Shown here: in pieces, positions 1 through 9,651 of the stretch
Position numbering within the stretch: position 1 is the first letter of the stretch
Layout: each line of letters begins with the position of its first letter
IMG/VR virus record: IMGVR_UViG_3300025593_000028
Location: 1-64,000 of that record
Origin: a virus
Direction: 5' to 3' (one strand)
Length of the DNA stretch: 64,000 bases
Position numbers and translations under genes: made by a program
Notes under the pieces: model-generated
What the model saw: the letters and a program-made list of their open reading frames with translations, nothing else
What the model was told of the DNA's origin: nothing
Databases searched by the model: none

Positions 1-201
1 CTCGAACGAGACCGCGAAGGTCTCACTCTCTGGGATGTCCTCGGTGCGGATGAAGTGCCTCACCGCCTCGTAGATCGAGCCGTCCGAGGTCCTGAACCTC
101 GCACCGGGGACGATGAAGAAGTCCAGCCTGCATCCCGGGAGGGCGGCCGGCACGTCGTGGTTGTCTCGCTGCCTGAGCAGCGAGTAGAAGCGTTGCTCCA
201 T
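1..201 (-). CDS. hypothetical protein, partial (runs off window start)
   Basis: ATG at 201 overlaps the upstream stop (TGATG); frame MEQRFYSLLRQRDNHDVP... is open to position 1. Confidence 0.6.
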   Translation of the reverse strand, partial: MEQRFYSLLRQRDNHDVPAALPGCRLDFFIVPGARFRTSDGSIYEAVRHFIRTEDIPESETFAVSFE

Positions 202-458
202 CAGAGTACCTCCGTCGGCTGTCGGGTCCACCACGAGATGGACGAGTTGGGGATGAAGATCTGGCGCGCCTCGGGCGCCGGGGTCCTGAGTACCTCGCGA
301 GCCGGGCTGCCGTGGAAGGAGGCCGGGATGAGCACCAGTTCCCCGCGGAAGTTGCCTGTCGCCATCATTTCCGGCTCGCCCTCGGCCTCGTCGATCCACT
401 CGAAGTCCTCCGCGTAGAACTCCGCGCCGTCTTCCAGCTTGATGTACGCCGGGTTCAC
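201..458 (-). CDS. hypothetical protein
   Basis: GTGA overlap with upstream ORF; VNPAYIKLEDGAEFYAEDFEW... Confidence 0.6.
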   Translation of the reverse strand: MNPAYIKLEDGAEFYAEDFEWIDEAEGEPEMMATGNFRGELVLIPASFHGSPAREVLRTPAPEARQIFIPNSSISWWTRQPTEVL

Positions 459-763
459 GAGGGGATCCCGGACGACACCTTCGGGCTCTCCGGCGGGTCG
501 AGGCGGAGCATCCACATCGCGCTGACGCCCTTGAACTCGTCGTTCCGGGCGATCGCGGTGACCGCGAAGCGCTCGCCGAAGAGCGTCGAGTCGGCTTGCG
601 CCGCCTTGCCCAGTGCTTCTACGACCTTGCGGTACACGTCGTGGATCGAGCCGGCCGTCACCTCCAGCATCGAGCACGGGAGGCGCCCGACGTGTTCTGA
701 GAACAGCTCGGTATCGCGGTCGTCCTCCTCGACTTTGCGCACCTCTACCCTGTAGTTGCTCAT
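455..763 (-). CDS. hypothetical protein
   Basis: ATG with GAGGAG RBS, downstream of the CCTGATACCAT promoter at ~776-787. Confidence 0.7.
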   Translation of the reverse strand: MSNYRVEVRKVEEDDRDTELFSEHVGRLPCSMLEVTAGSIHDVYRKVVEALGKAAQADSTLFGERFAVTAIARNDEFKGVSAMWMLRLDPPESPKVSSGIPS

Positions 764-782
764 CCCGCTCCTCTCTATGGTA

Positions 783-1094
783 TCAGGCCGACCCGGGCCT
801 GATGTGCTTGACGGTCTCCTCGTAGACCACGAACGACAGCAGGGCCTTCGGCAGGATCGACCTGTCGACGGGGTCGTGCTCGACGACCACCGCGATGTAG
901 GTGCCCGGCTCGGGGCCGGTGCCGTGGTTCCAGCCCTCGATCACCTCGCGGACGTCGCGTTCGAGCGAGAGTTGGCGCTCGCGTGGTTCGTACGCGACGT
1001 CCCACTCGATCTCCTGTTCCGTCTGGATGATCGGGTACGCGCTCTCTTCGCGCAGCGCGTAGATGGTCAGGTGTCCTCGTTCCCTCGGTGGCAT
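783..1094 (-). CDS. hypothetical protein
   Basis: ATG with GAGGAG RBS; ordinary protein composition. Confidence 0.7.
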   Translation of the reverse strand: MPPRERGHLTIYALREESAYPIIQTEQEIEWDVAYEPRERQLSLERDVREVIEGWNHGTGPEPGTYIAVVVEHDPVDRSILPKALLSFVVYEETVKHIRPGSA

Positions 1095-1112
1095 CGTCGT
1101 CTCCTCTGTAGT

Positions 1113-1631
1113 TTAGTACGTCGTCGGGCGCAAGATCGGTGCCCACACCTTCTCGCGCAGCTCGGCGCGTCGGTCGGGCGGCATGGGGCCCCGGAGCCTC
1201 TCGAGCGCGTCGGCGGCCCACGCGCAGCGCGGGAGCACGTACCGGCGCACGAGGCGCGGGAACATGACGGAGGACGGGTCTTCGCTGTGGCCGAGGCCGA
1301 GCAGGTGCCCGTACTCGTGGTAGACGGTCATGCACGCTTCCGCGAACCGCCGCGGGGCGGCCAGGCGGCGGGCGACCCACAGGAAGCACGCCGGGTACTG
1401 GCTCGCGGTGGGCTCGGTCGCCCTGCCGAAGACGCCCCCGTCGAGCGCTCCGTCGGGCACCACCTCGGCGTCGACGGACGCGCAGTGCGGCGGCTGGCCC
1501 CAGTACTCGCCGGCCATCGCGTACGCGAGGTCGAGCTGCGGGGTGAGCGGCGCGCCCCACGCCGGCCCCGGCTCGGGGGCCAGCAGGAGCGCTACGGTCG
1601 CTACTGCCAGTGCTGCGGTCTTGGCGATCAT
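1113..1631 (-). CDS. secreted matrixin-like (M10/metzincin) zinc metalloprotease
   Basis: N-terminal signal peptide; HEYGHLLGLGHS (HExxHxxGxxH) followed by Met-turn SVMFP. Confidence 0.85.
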   Translation of the reverse strand: MIAKTAALAVATVALLLAPEPGPAWGAPLTPQLDLAYAMAGEYWGQPPHCASVDAEVVPDGALDGGVFGRATEPTASQYPACFLWVARRLAAPRRFAEACMTVYHEYGHLLGLGHSEDPSSVMFPRLVRRYVLPRCAWAADALERLRGPMPPDRRAELREKVWAPILRPTTY

Positions 1632-2113
1632 GAGTCTGCTCCCTCGTCGTCGGTGAACAGGTCTGCTAGGGTGACCCCGTCTCGGGGCCTGAGGCGCACC
1701 TCACGGCCCGCGTCGCGGGCGCGTCGGACGGTGGCCCAGGTGCCCGAGCGCATGACCTCCTCCGCGGTCTCGGGCACGGCGATCAGCACGTCGCACTCGG
1801 CGACGAGCAGGTCGTTGCGGAGCATGTAGGACTCGGCGGCGGTGCGGCCCTTCGCCGCGTAGAGGATCGAACAGCCGGCCTCAGCCGCCTGGCGCACCAG
1901 GTCCTCGTTGTGCATCGCCGCCGGGACCGCGACTCGGTGGGTCGCCCCGCGGTGGCGGTTCGTGGAGATGATGTGCGCCGCGGTGTCCACGCCGAACGCC
2001 GCGCCGGTGATGAAGGACTCGGCGTCGTCCAGGCCCGCGATCACGTCCTGGAGCTGCTCGAATTCCCGCGAGTCGAGCGGCCTGGTAGAGCCGGTGAAGG
2101 CGTAGGCGGTCAC
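1628..2113 (-). CDS. SLOG-superfamily (YspA/DprA-like) nucleotide-binding protein
   Basis: AFTGS...ITGAAFGVD...RNDLLVAECDVLIA...SGTWATVRRA motifs; GTG start at 2113. Confidence 0.75.
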   Translation of the reverse strand: MTAYAFTGSTRPLDSREFEQLQDVIAGLDDAESFITGAAFGVDTAAHIISTNRHRGATHRVAVPAAMHNEDLVRQAAEAGCSILYAAKGRTAAESYMLRNDLLVAECDVLIAVPETAEEVMRSGTWATVRRARDAGREVRLRPRDGVTLADLFTDDEGADS

Positions 2114-3213
2114 AGGACGTACTCCTCCAGCTCCTCCATATGCTCGAGCGTCTTCATCAGCCTCTTGAGCGCCCGCTTGCCCGCCCTCTCGGCGGCTCGC
2201 TTGGAGCGCTTCGTCCCGCAGCACGGGTCATCTCGGTAGGGGTAGCCCGCGGTGTCCCTCCACGAGAAGTGCCAGGTGCCGCCGAAGAACCAGTACGCGT
2301 GCTGGTACCCGGGGTCGCCATCATCGAAGTCGCTCCTGAGCATCCAGGTCCACTTCCTGGGCGGGCTCGGCTTGATGACTACTCGCGGCGGGTTGCGGAC
2401 GTGCAGTGGCTCCGTCATGCTCCGAGCACCCTCCCCTTCTCGATGTGCCGGCCGAGCAGCTCCAGGCCGGTGATGTGGTAGTGTTCCTCGTCGTGGAGGC
2501 CCTCCACGTACAGCTTCGGGGTCTCGCCCTGGAACTTCACGTGGAAGAGCATGCCGTCCGCGTCGAAACTCCAGAGCTGGTCGCCCTGGTTGCGCTTGCG
2601 GAGGACGACGTCGTCGCTCGCGAGCTCGAGCACCTCGGCCGCGTGGGCGCGGGCCAGGTTGCGGAAGCGCTCCGTCTTCTCGCGCCGGCCGCGCTCGATC
2701 TCGGCGTCGCGCGTGGCCCGCGCCGAGAGGGCCCTCTCCCTGATGCGCAGCGAGCGGGTCACGGCCGGGACTCCGCGGCCAGGCGCAGCGCGTCGGCGAG
2801 GCCGGGGACTCGCGAGACGGGCAGCTCCAGGTTCTCGAGGTTCAGCAGCAGGACGTCGTACGTGCCGACCTGCGCGTCGAGCACCTCCCACTCCTCGAAG
2901 CCCACGTCCCAGTCCCCGCTGACGTAGAGGTGGAGGCCCAGCTCGTGGACGTCCGCGTCCGCGGTCGGCTCGTCGCCGTAGAAGTCTACGTCGAACTTGA
3001 TGTTCACGGTGACACCACCTCTACCTCCTCGGGCATGGACGCCCACTCGCGTCCCGCCTCGTCGAGCCAGAAGTGCACGGTGCCGCGCTCGTCCGAGACC
3101 TCCTCGTCGAGGGTCAGGACGGCGCTCACCACGCGCGGATCTTCCCAGGCCACCACGCCCTCGGTGGAGGGGTAGATCGGACCCGTGACGAGGTGCTTCT
3201 CGTTGGTCCTCAT
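2110..3213 (-). other. four tightly coupled small hypothetical ORFs (2110-2418, 2415-2762, 2759-3007, 3004-3213)
   Basis: Consecutive ATGA/GTGA overlaps downstream of the promoter at ~3265-3308. Confidence 0.65.
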
Positions 3214-3264
3214 GCTCGGTGCTCCTTTCCATGCTCGGCTACGCACCGGTCTAATATGGGCATA

Positions 3265-3308
3265 CAGTATCAGGTCGGGCCGGGGCCCGTATTAAGCTTG
3301 GGTTAAGG
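3265..3308 (-). promoter_or_regulatory. early promoter with CTTAAC-N5-CTTAAT direct repeat and extended -10 (TG-A-TACTGT)
   Basis: Minus strand reads CCTTAACCCAAGCTTAATACGGGCCCCGGCCCGACCTGATACTGT; near-identical architecture at ~8022-8066 and ~17757-17801. Confidence 0.75.
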
Positions 3309-4962
3309 TGAGCTGCTTGATCCGCTCCTGGAGGATGCGGAGGTACCTCGCGTCCCTGCCGTCCTGGTCGAAGAAGCGACGGATCCTCTCGGGCGCGTGT
3401 TCCAGCTCCCCCGCGATCTCGCCGAGGCGGCGGACGTCGTCCGCGGTGAGGTCGAGCTCCTCCACCTCCACGAGGTCTTTGTTCTTCGGCCACTCGCCGT
3501 CGAGTTTGATGGACTCGGCCGCGTCCCTGCTGGCGGCGTGGACCTCCCAGCTGCTGAAGCAGGACAGCCTCCAGATCCTCATCGCCGATCCTCCGCCCTG
3601 ATCAGGGCGTCGATCATCTCGCCGACCTGCCTGCGTGGGCACCGTCCCGCGTGGGCCTCGAAGCGGAAGGTCGCGCCGCCTTGCGGGCAAGCGCAGGAGA
3701 CTTCGTGCGGCGCGAGGTCCTGCACGCGCTCGAGGGTGCGGCGCCTCTCGTCGGCGAGGGCCCGGGCCTTCTCGTCCGGGAGCGCCGCGTCGTGGCGGAG
3801 CTCGTCCGCGTCGAAGACGTAGTGGCCGAACGCGCCTTCACCCCTGAGGGTGCGGGCGAGGTAGTTCGCGCCCGTGAGGGTGCGGTGGGTGACGCGTTCC
3901 CTGCACCACGTCGCCGGCGTCGCGGAGACGACGGTCTGGTCCCCGATCGTGCCGAAGCCCTCGATGATCAGCGCCTCGCCGTCGTGCTTGGTGCCCGCCA
4001 TGTCGGCGAGCGGGCCGTTCACGTGGACGGCCTTGCCGACGTAGAGGACGTCGCTCTGTACCTTGTCCATGCTGGTGCTCCTCTCTAGGTAGTGCTTGAC
4101 CCTCTCGCGGAGGGCGAACGTCACTGCAAGTTCGTGCTCGAGGCCGAGGGCGACGGCCTTGCTCGTGCCGGTGGGTGCGCGCACGTGCACTATCGCCCGT
4201 CCTCTAGAGCGCGGAGCTTCGGCAGCACGTGGAGCTCTAGCCAAGAGTGCACGTGCTGCGTCGCGACCAGCTTGCCGAGCGCGATCATCTGGCCGTTGTG
4301 GGCCATGTCCGCGTACGCTCCGTCGTCCTCCACTTCATAGCGGATGAACCGCTGTCGCTGGTCTTCCTCTTCGTGCGCGGAGTCGCGTTCCCAGCGCAGG
4401 TAGTAGTCGAGCCCCTGCCGCAGCTCGTCGGCGAGCGCTGCTGCCTGCTCTAGCAGGCCCGCGCGGATCGCGGGCTCGATCGCCTCGACGACTTCCTCCG
4501 CCATGTCCGAAACGTCGATGTCCGGCGCGGGCTCGGCGAAGTCGACCGGCGGGAGTGCATCAGAGATGGCCTCGCGGGCGAGCTTCAGCACCTCATCTTG
4601 CGGCCCTGCGTCGGGCACGGCTACGTGCTCCTCCGGTCGACGTGGTGACCGCTGTGGGTGACCTGGACGCGCCTGCCGGTGCGCCCGCCCACCTCGTGCT
4701 CCTCCCACCAGAGGTCGGTGGTCAGCTCGTGGCGGACGGCCAGCAGGGTCGAGAAGAGCAGGAACCCGCGGGCGAACTCGTGCGAGCCCGCCGGCGCGCT
4801 GCTCAGCGAGTCTGGCTCGCACGCCGCGAGCATCAGCTTGCCGTCGCCCTTGTCCACCACCTGCAGGCCCTCGATCCCCTTCAGGCGGTCCTTGAGGTTC
4901 ATCGCTTCACGCAGGGTGCTGGTGCCGTTGATCGTGTACTCGGTCGAGTAGTAGTAGCTCAT
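3292..4962 (-). other. hypothetical ORFs 3292-3582, 3579-4190, 4190-4618, 4621-4962
   Basis: Overlapping start/stop codons and GGAGG-type RBSs. Confidence 0.6.
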
Positions 4963-4968
4963 CTCGGT

Positions 4969-5379
4969 TCAGCCTTCCTTTTCCACCCTGATGTCTTGCA
5001 GCACGATCATCAGGTCCTCCATCAGGTCGTCGAGCGCGGGATCGGCGGAGTCCCACGCCCCGTACGCTTCTCCTGCCGCCTTCATCAGGGCGCGGAGCCT
5101 GCGCTCGTCTTCCGTGAAGCCCGCGTCCTAGTCGTCCTGGACGCCCTCGATCGCGGGGTCGCCCACCGTGAAGCTCGGCCTGGACACGACCGGGAAGATC
5201 CACGTCGCCTCGGTGCCCGATTCTCGAGCCCGGACGGAGGTGGTAGCCGCCTGGGACTTGGGCTCCTGCAGCGCGAACCGCTTCCTCGCTGCCTCGAGCG
5301 GGCTTCGCGCGCCCACGCGGATCGGGCTGATGAAGCCCGGGAACGTGGGGTGCTCGGTGTCTACGGTGTAGAGTGGCAC
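4969..5379 (-). pseudogene. hypothetical ORF interrupted by an in-frame TAG (5128-5130)
   Basis: VPLYTVDTEHP...GVQDD*DAGFTEDERRLRALMKAAG...EKEG; frame stays coding-like after the TAG. Confidence 0.45.
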
Positions 5380-5390
5380 TGCTGCTCCTT

Positions 5391-5600
5391 TCACTCCCTG
5401 TCTTGGTCGCAAACGCGGACTTCGATGCCGTGGCACCCGCCGGAGATCTGGACTACCTCCCCCGACTCCATGTACAGACTCAGGGTATCGCAGTTCTAAT
5501 CGCGGCCCTGCTTGTCGAGGGTGCCCGGGGTCGCGGGGTGCTCCGCTATCCTCCGTACGCGCCCTCTCAGGATGTCGCGCTCTCTTCTGGTGATCTTCAC
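5391..5600 (-). pseudogene. hypothetical ORF interrupted by an in-frame TAG (5496-5498)
   Basis: VKITRRERDIL...QGRD*NCDTLSLYMESGEVVQISGGCHGIEVRVCDQDRE. Confidence 0.45.
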
Positions 5601-6070
5601 GGGGTCGCCGAGTCCTCTCTCAGTGCTGCGTCGTATGCCTCTTGAAGTCCCGCGAGCCAGCGCTCCTGGTGGGGGCCGGACACGCGGCCCCGGGCCGACT
5701 CGAGCGCCCTCGCGGCGCGGTCGAGGGAGGCCGGCGTGCCCTCCTCGACGTCCGCGAGGATGGTGGCCTCGGCGACCCTGCGCCGGTTCCTGCTGATGCC
5801 GCCGTCCGCGCGCTTGACGATCTGCTGGCAGTGCTCGGCCGTCAGGCCCCTGAGCTCGAACCAGGCGCCCCTCTGGGGGTAGCGGTCCCGGTGGGCGAGC
5901 AGGTGGTCGAGCACCCTGCGTTCCAGGTCTCGGGCGCCGGGCGCGGCGTAGACGAGCTCCATCGCGTAGGGGTTCCAGACCTGGACCCGCTCGAGTCGAG
6001 CGGCCGGGTCCGCCGAGTGGCCCACCCTGAAGTAGGGGCCGCACTTGATGAAGTAGATCTGCTTGTCCAT
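5597..6070 (-). CDS. GIY-YIG / T5orf172-like domain protein
   Basis: IYFIKCGPYFRVGHSADPAARL...LERRVLDHL...GAWFEL. Confidence 0.75.
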   Translation of the reverse strand: MDKQIYFIKCGPYFRVGHSADPAARLERVQVWNPYAMELVYAAPGARDLERRVLDHLLAHRDRYPQRGAWFELRGLTAEHCQQIVKRADGGISRNRRRVAEATILADVEEGTPASLDRAARALESARGRVSGPHQERWLAGLQEAYDAALREDSATP

Positions 6071-6084
6071 GGCCTCTCCCCGCG

Positions 6085-6600
6085 GATGGTACCCGGGGTG
6101 GTTGGGTACCAGCGGAGCGGTGGTGGTGAAGGTAGTCGGGTACCGGTGGTGAAGGTGGTCAGGTACCGGGAAAGTGGTGGTTGGGTGCGTCAGGTACCGC
6201 GATCCGGGCGAAATAAGAGAGGAACGCACCCATACGACACCATCGAAAGTCGGCCATCGTCACCCTCGATCCACCCGGCGCAGTTGGCCTAGAGAGCCCG
6301 ACTCACCCATCCAACCATAAACCTCTGTTTCTGCAATAGAGGCCCAGATTCTTCTTTTTTCCACTTCTGGGGGTGGAAATAAGAAAAAAGAGCGCCTCTA
6401 ATCTCTATGCCCGAGGCATGGTATCATCCCCGCACTTCCCGTAAACCCCGGTGCAGAGGGTAGATCGACCGTGATGATGCCTCTAGCATGGGTGCGCGGA
6501 TCCCCGCGGGAACCCGCAAACCCGAACGCAGAGGGTAGATCAGGGGTCACAGCGCGAAGAGCACGCGGTGGTGAAGGTGGTCAGGTACCGCCGTCCGGGC
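6085..6600. repeat. non-coding region with GGTACC-ending repeats and an A/T-rich hairpin; candidate replication origin
   Basis: Six GGTACC units; GGTGGTGAAGGTGGTCAGGTACCG exact at ~6145 and ~6567; GCAGAGGGTAGATC twice; T-tract/A-tract inverted repeat at ~6338-6399. Confidence 0.5.
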
Positions 6601-6666
6601 CCCCCGACGCCCGTCCAAGGACGCCGAGGAGCCCGTGGTAGGATGGTTCCGGAGGACCCGGAACCG

Positions 6667-8647
6667 CTACCGCCCGCTCAGGAAGAGCGCCTTCGTGTAG
6701 CGCGACGCCTTCTCGAGCGATACCGGGAGTCGACGTGACCGCCCGACGTCAGGGCGCGGGCGGCGGCCAGCACTACGACCGCGAACCCGGCCATCCCTTC
6801 GGGCGACAGCACCGCCGCTCACGCCCCGACCGCGGCGCAGGCCGCGGCCCCGGCGAGGCACAGGAGGATCGCGCCCGCGATGACCGCGAGCAGCACCTCC
6901 TGTTCGTTCCTCGGGCGGAGGTCCAACTTCTCCATGCGTTGCCCCCTTCTCTCGGCGGCCCGGCGGATCCGGGCCGGTACGACGGGGGAGGGCGGTGAAG
7001 CCCTCCCGGGCGCGCGGCTACCTGCCGCGCCCCTCCCCGCCGGGGCCAGCGAGCTCCTCCCGCACCAGGCGCTCGAGCCGGGGCGCTCGGGCGGCCTGAC
7101 GACGGAAGCGGCGGAGGCCACGCGCGCGGCGCGCAGCCCTCGCTTTGTCCTCGTCGGCCTCGGCGATGGCCGCGTCGATCCGGGACAGGAGGTCCCGGTC
7201 CTCTGCGTCTGCCATCGCTTACCTCCTTCTCTCGTGTACCCGCTCCGCGGGTGCGCGGGAGCGGGCCGCAGGGGCGAGTCGAAGCCCCCTACGGGTGCGC
7301 CGCGTCCTGCCCGCCGGCCAGGGCCAGGCAGACCAGGACGGCGAGCAAGAACAGCGTCGTCGCCAGGGTCGGGTGCCGCTCCACGAACGTCGGGGCGACG
7401 GAGGGGGCGGCGACCGCCTCCTCCAGCGCCACGCGCTCGAACTCGGCGCGGCTGTGAGCGCGCAGGCCGCAGCCGTCGCACTCGAGCACGGTCCTGCAGG
7501 CCACCGCGCTGACGTGGGACCCGCAGCTCGGGCAGTTCATCTTCGCTCCTCTCGTCGTCATCTGCAGAGCTCCCCGTGCGCGGCGGGCAGGCAGTGCGCC
7601 GTGTCCACCCACACGAGTTCGCCGGACCGCTCCAGCCGCACGAGCGCGCGCCAGTAGGCGTCGACGTCGTAGCGGACGAGGGTGGCCAGGCCGTGGAAGG
7701 TCATCAGGGGGTCTCCGCGCCTCACGAGACCGCCATCTCCCAGTATTCCGCGGCGAGCTCTACGTCGCCCTCGATGAGGGCGCGTGCGGCGAGTTCCTTG
7801 GGGGTGCCGCCGCCGTCGATGAGCGGCGGGCGCCGGCTGTCCGGGTCGACCGGGCAGGGCGCCGTGCGGCGGACGTAGCACTTGAGCTTGGAGTCCCAGG
7901 TGCGCGCTCCGGCCCGCGCGTAGATGCGGCCGGTGGCGGTGTAGACCAGTCCGCCCTCGATCTTGAAGCCGAAAGTCACGGGTGCTCCCTTCGTCGTAGG
8001 GATGGGCCGATTCCTGATGGGATCATATCAGGTCGAGGCCGGGCCCGTATTAAGCCTCTGTTAAGGCCGCCCCAGGCGCGAGGCCGGGGACGGCCGGTGG
8101 GTACGGTGGAGTTTACCGGGGGCACTCGGCCACCCGGATCCTGTAGGGGGCCACGTCCAGGATCCTGACGAGGCCGCTGGGGTGCTCGATCCTGATGCGG
8201 CCGTCGGGGAGGACGCGGACGGAGGCCGCCATCAGGCGACCTCCTCCTCGTACTTTTCCCAGGCGACCGCCACGGCGGTGGTGCTGTTGCGTCCCCACGC
8301 TTCCACGCGATGGTCGCCCATGTCGTCCGTGATGACTGCCTTGTAGGTGTGGTCGTCGACCTTGTGGACGGCGACGTCTCCTAGTATCGTGTCCATGCTG
8401 CCTCCTGTTCGTCGGTCGGAGGGTGCTTCGGGTACTTCAGGGCCGGGACGAGCGGTGAAGCCCGCCCCGGCTGGATGGGGTGCCGCTAGGAGACCAGCTC
8501 CTGGACGAGCTTCTCGGCCTCGCCCTGGTCCCGCTGCAGGCGCTTCAGAGCGCGGACCTTCTTGGCGGCGTCTTTCTTCTCCTGTTCCGCCTTCTCGATC
8601 GCAGCCTGGATCATCTCGGGCGTCACGTCGGTCTTCTGCGTTGCCAT
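6667..8647 (-). other. cluster of very small early ORFs (6667-6822, 6819-6935, 7018-7215, 7289-7540 Zn-ribbon+TM, 7558-7704, 7722-7979, 8113-8232, 8232-8396, 8486-8647)
   Basis: RBS-preceded starts; CPSC/CDGC in 7289-7540; lie directly downstream of strong promoter motifs. Confidence 0.55.
8022..8066 (-). promoter_or_regulatory. early promoter: CTTAAC-N5-CTTAAT repeat + TG-A-TATGAT
   Basis: Minus strand CCTTAACAGAGGCTTAATACGGGCCCGGCCTCGACCTGATATGAT. Confidence 0.8.
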
Positions 8648-8704
8648 GGTAATTCCTTTCCGTTTTGGGTGGGCTCGTCGTGCCCATTCCCGATTTGCTA
8701 AGGA

Positions 8705-8951
8705 CATCGTAACAGGTCGGGACGGGAAAGCAAGGCCGGAGGACGGCCTTAACATTCACGTGCCGATCGTCACAAGCGCGCAGCTCTATATCAGGTCGGC
8801 GCCCGGAAAGCAAGGCGCCTTAACGAAGTCGTGCCGATCAGCACAAGCGCCGCGTCTATATCAGGTTCCGAGGCAGAAAGCAAGGCACCTTAACAAGAGT
8901 GTGACGTACGTTACGACCCCGAATCTCGGGACTTTGTGACAGATCGCACAA
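8705..8951 (-). promoter_or_regulatory. three tandem sigma70-type promoters (~70-80 bp period), each preceded by a CRP-like GTG-N8-CAC box
   Basis: TTGCTT-N16/17-(TACGAT/TATAGA/TATAGA) with TG extension; boxes at 8760-8773, 8831-8844, 8901-8914 (one mismatch), 8936-8949. Confidence 0.7.
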
Positions 8952-8990
8952 CCGGCTGGGGCAGGAGACGAATTTCTAGAATTCTAGAAC

Positions 8991-9319
8991 TCAGCTGTCC
9001 GCTATCATCCAAGCGACAGCCGCTACCGAACCAGACCACGCGGCCAGGATCATGGCACGGAACGACCACACCTGGGCAGCCGGAAGCGAGTCCCAGCTGA
9101 ACGATCCAGCCATGAACCCCGCGTAGAGCGCCGTGATCCACACGATCACAGCCGCGTACCCGACCACCTTCGCTGCTTTTGCTGTCTTCGCCGCCATACC
9201 TAGTTCCTCCATCCGTAGTCTAGCTCGACCTTCGGGACCTCGGGACGGATGCCCCATCCGCCGAGTACCCAGAAGAATTCCCATCCGTCTCCAGCTCTCA
9301 CCCCGCCGAGTTCCCTCAT
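8991..9319 (-). other. small membrane protein (8991-9197) and hypothetical ORF (9200-9319)
   Basis: Two hydrophobic helices in 8991-9197; coupled starts and stops. Confidence 0.55.
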
Positions 9320-9651
9320 CAGCCGCACCCGCAGTGTTCGCACACCTTGTCGCTGCCCCTGTAGCCTGGGTAGTTCCTGCACATGTCGGGCCTCGACTCG
9401 TACTCGCGGCAGAGCCGGGTGCCCTCGTCCCAGTGCCGGCAGCGGTAGTACTGCGTGCCGTCTGTCAGCTTCTTCGGGCCGGGCGGCTTGGCCCCGAACG
9501 CGGCCAGCCGCATCACCGCCTCTCCCGCGGTGATCTCGATCACCATGTCCGCGATGTACGCTTCCTCCTCCGCTTCGAGCCGGTGCTCGCCCCACTCCTC
9601 CATGGAGGGCGTGAGCGTGAACGCCGCGCAGCACCCGCCGTGGCAGCTCAC
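9319..9651 (-). CDS. YkgJ-like cysteine-cluster (Zn/Fe-chelating) protein
   Basis: CHGGCC...C...CREYESRPDMCRNYP pattern. Confidence 0.7.
   Translation of the reverse strand: MSCHGGCCAAFTLTPSMEEWGEHRLEAEEEAYIADMVIEITAGEAVMRLAAFGAKPPGPKKLTDGTQYYRCRHWDEGTRLCREYESRPDMCRNYPGYRGSDKVCEHCGCG

Noticed and set aside
8705-8951. ~70-bp periodic repeats as a mini CRISPR array
   Set aside because: The units are degenerate and resolve into -35/-10 promoter elements; there is no constant repeat with unique spacers and no cas operon (the Cas4-like gene is a typical phage exonuclease)
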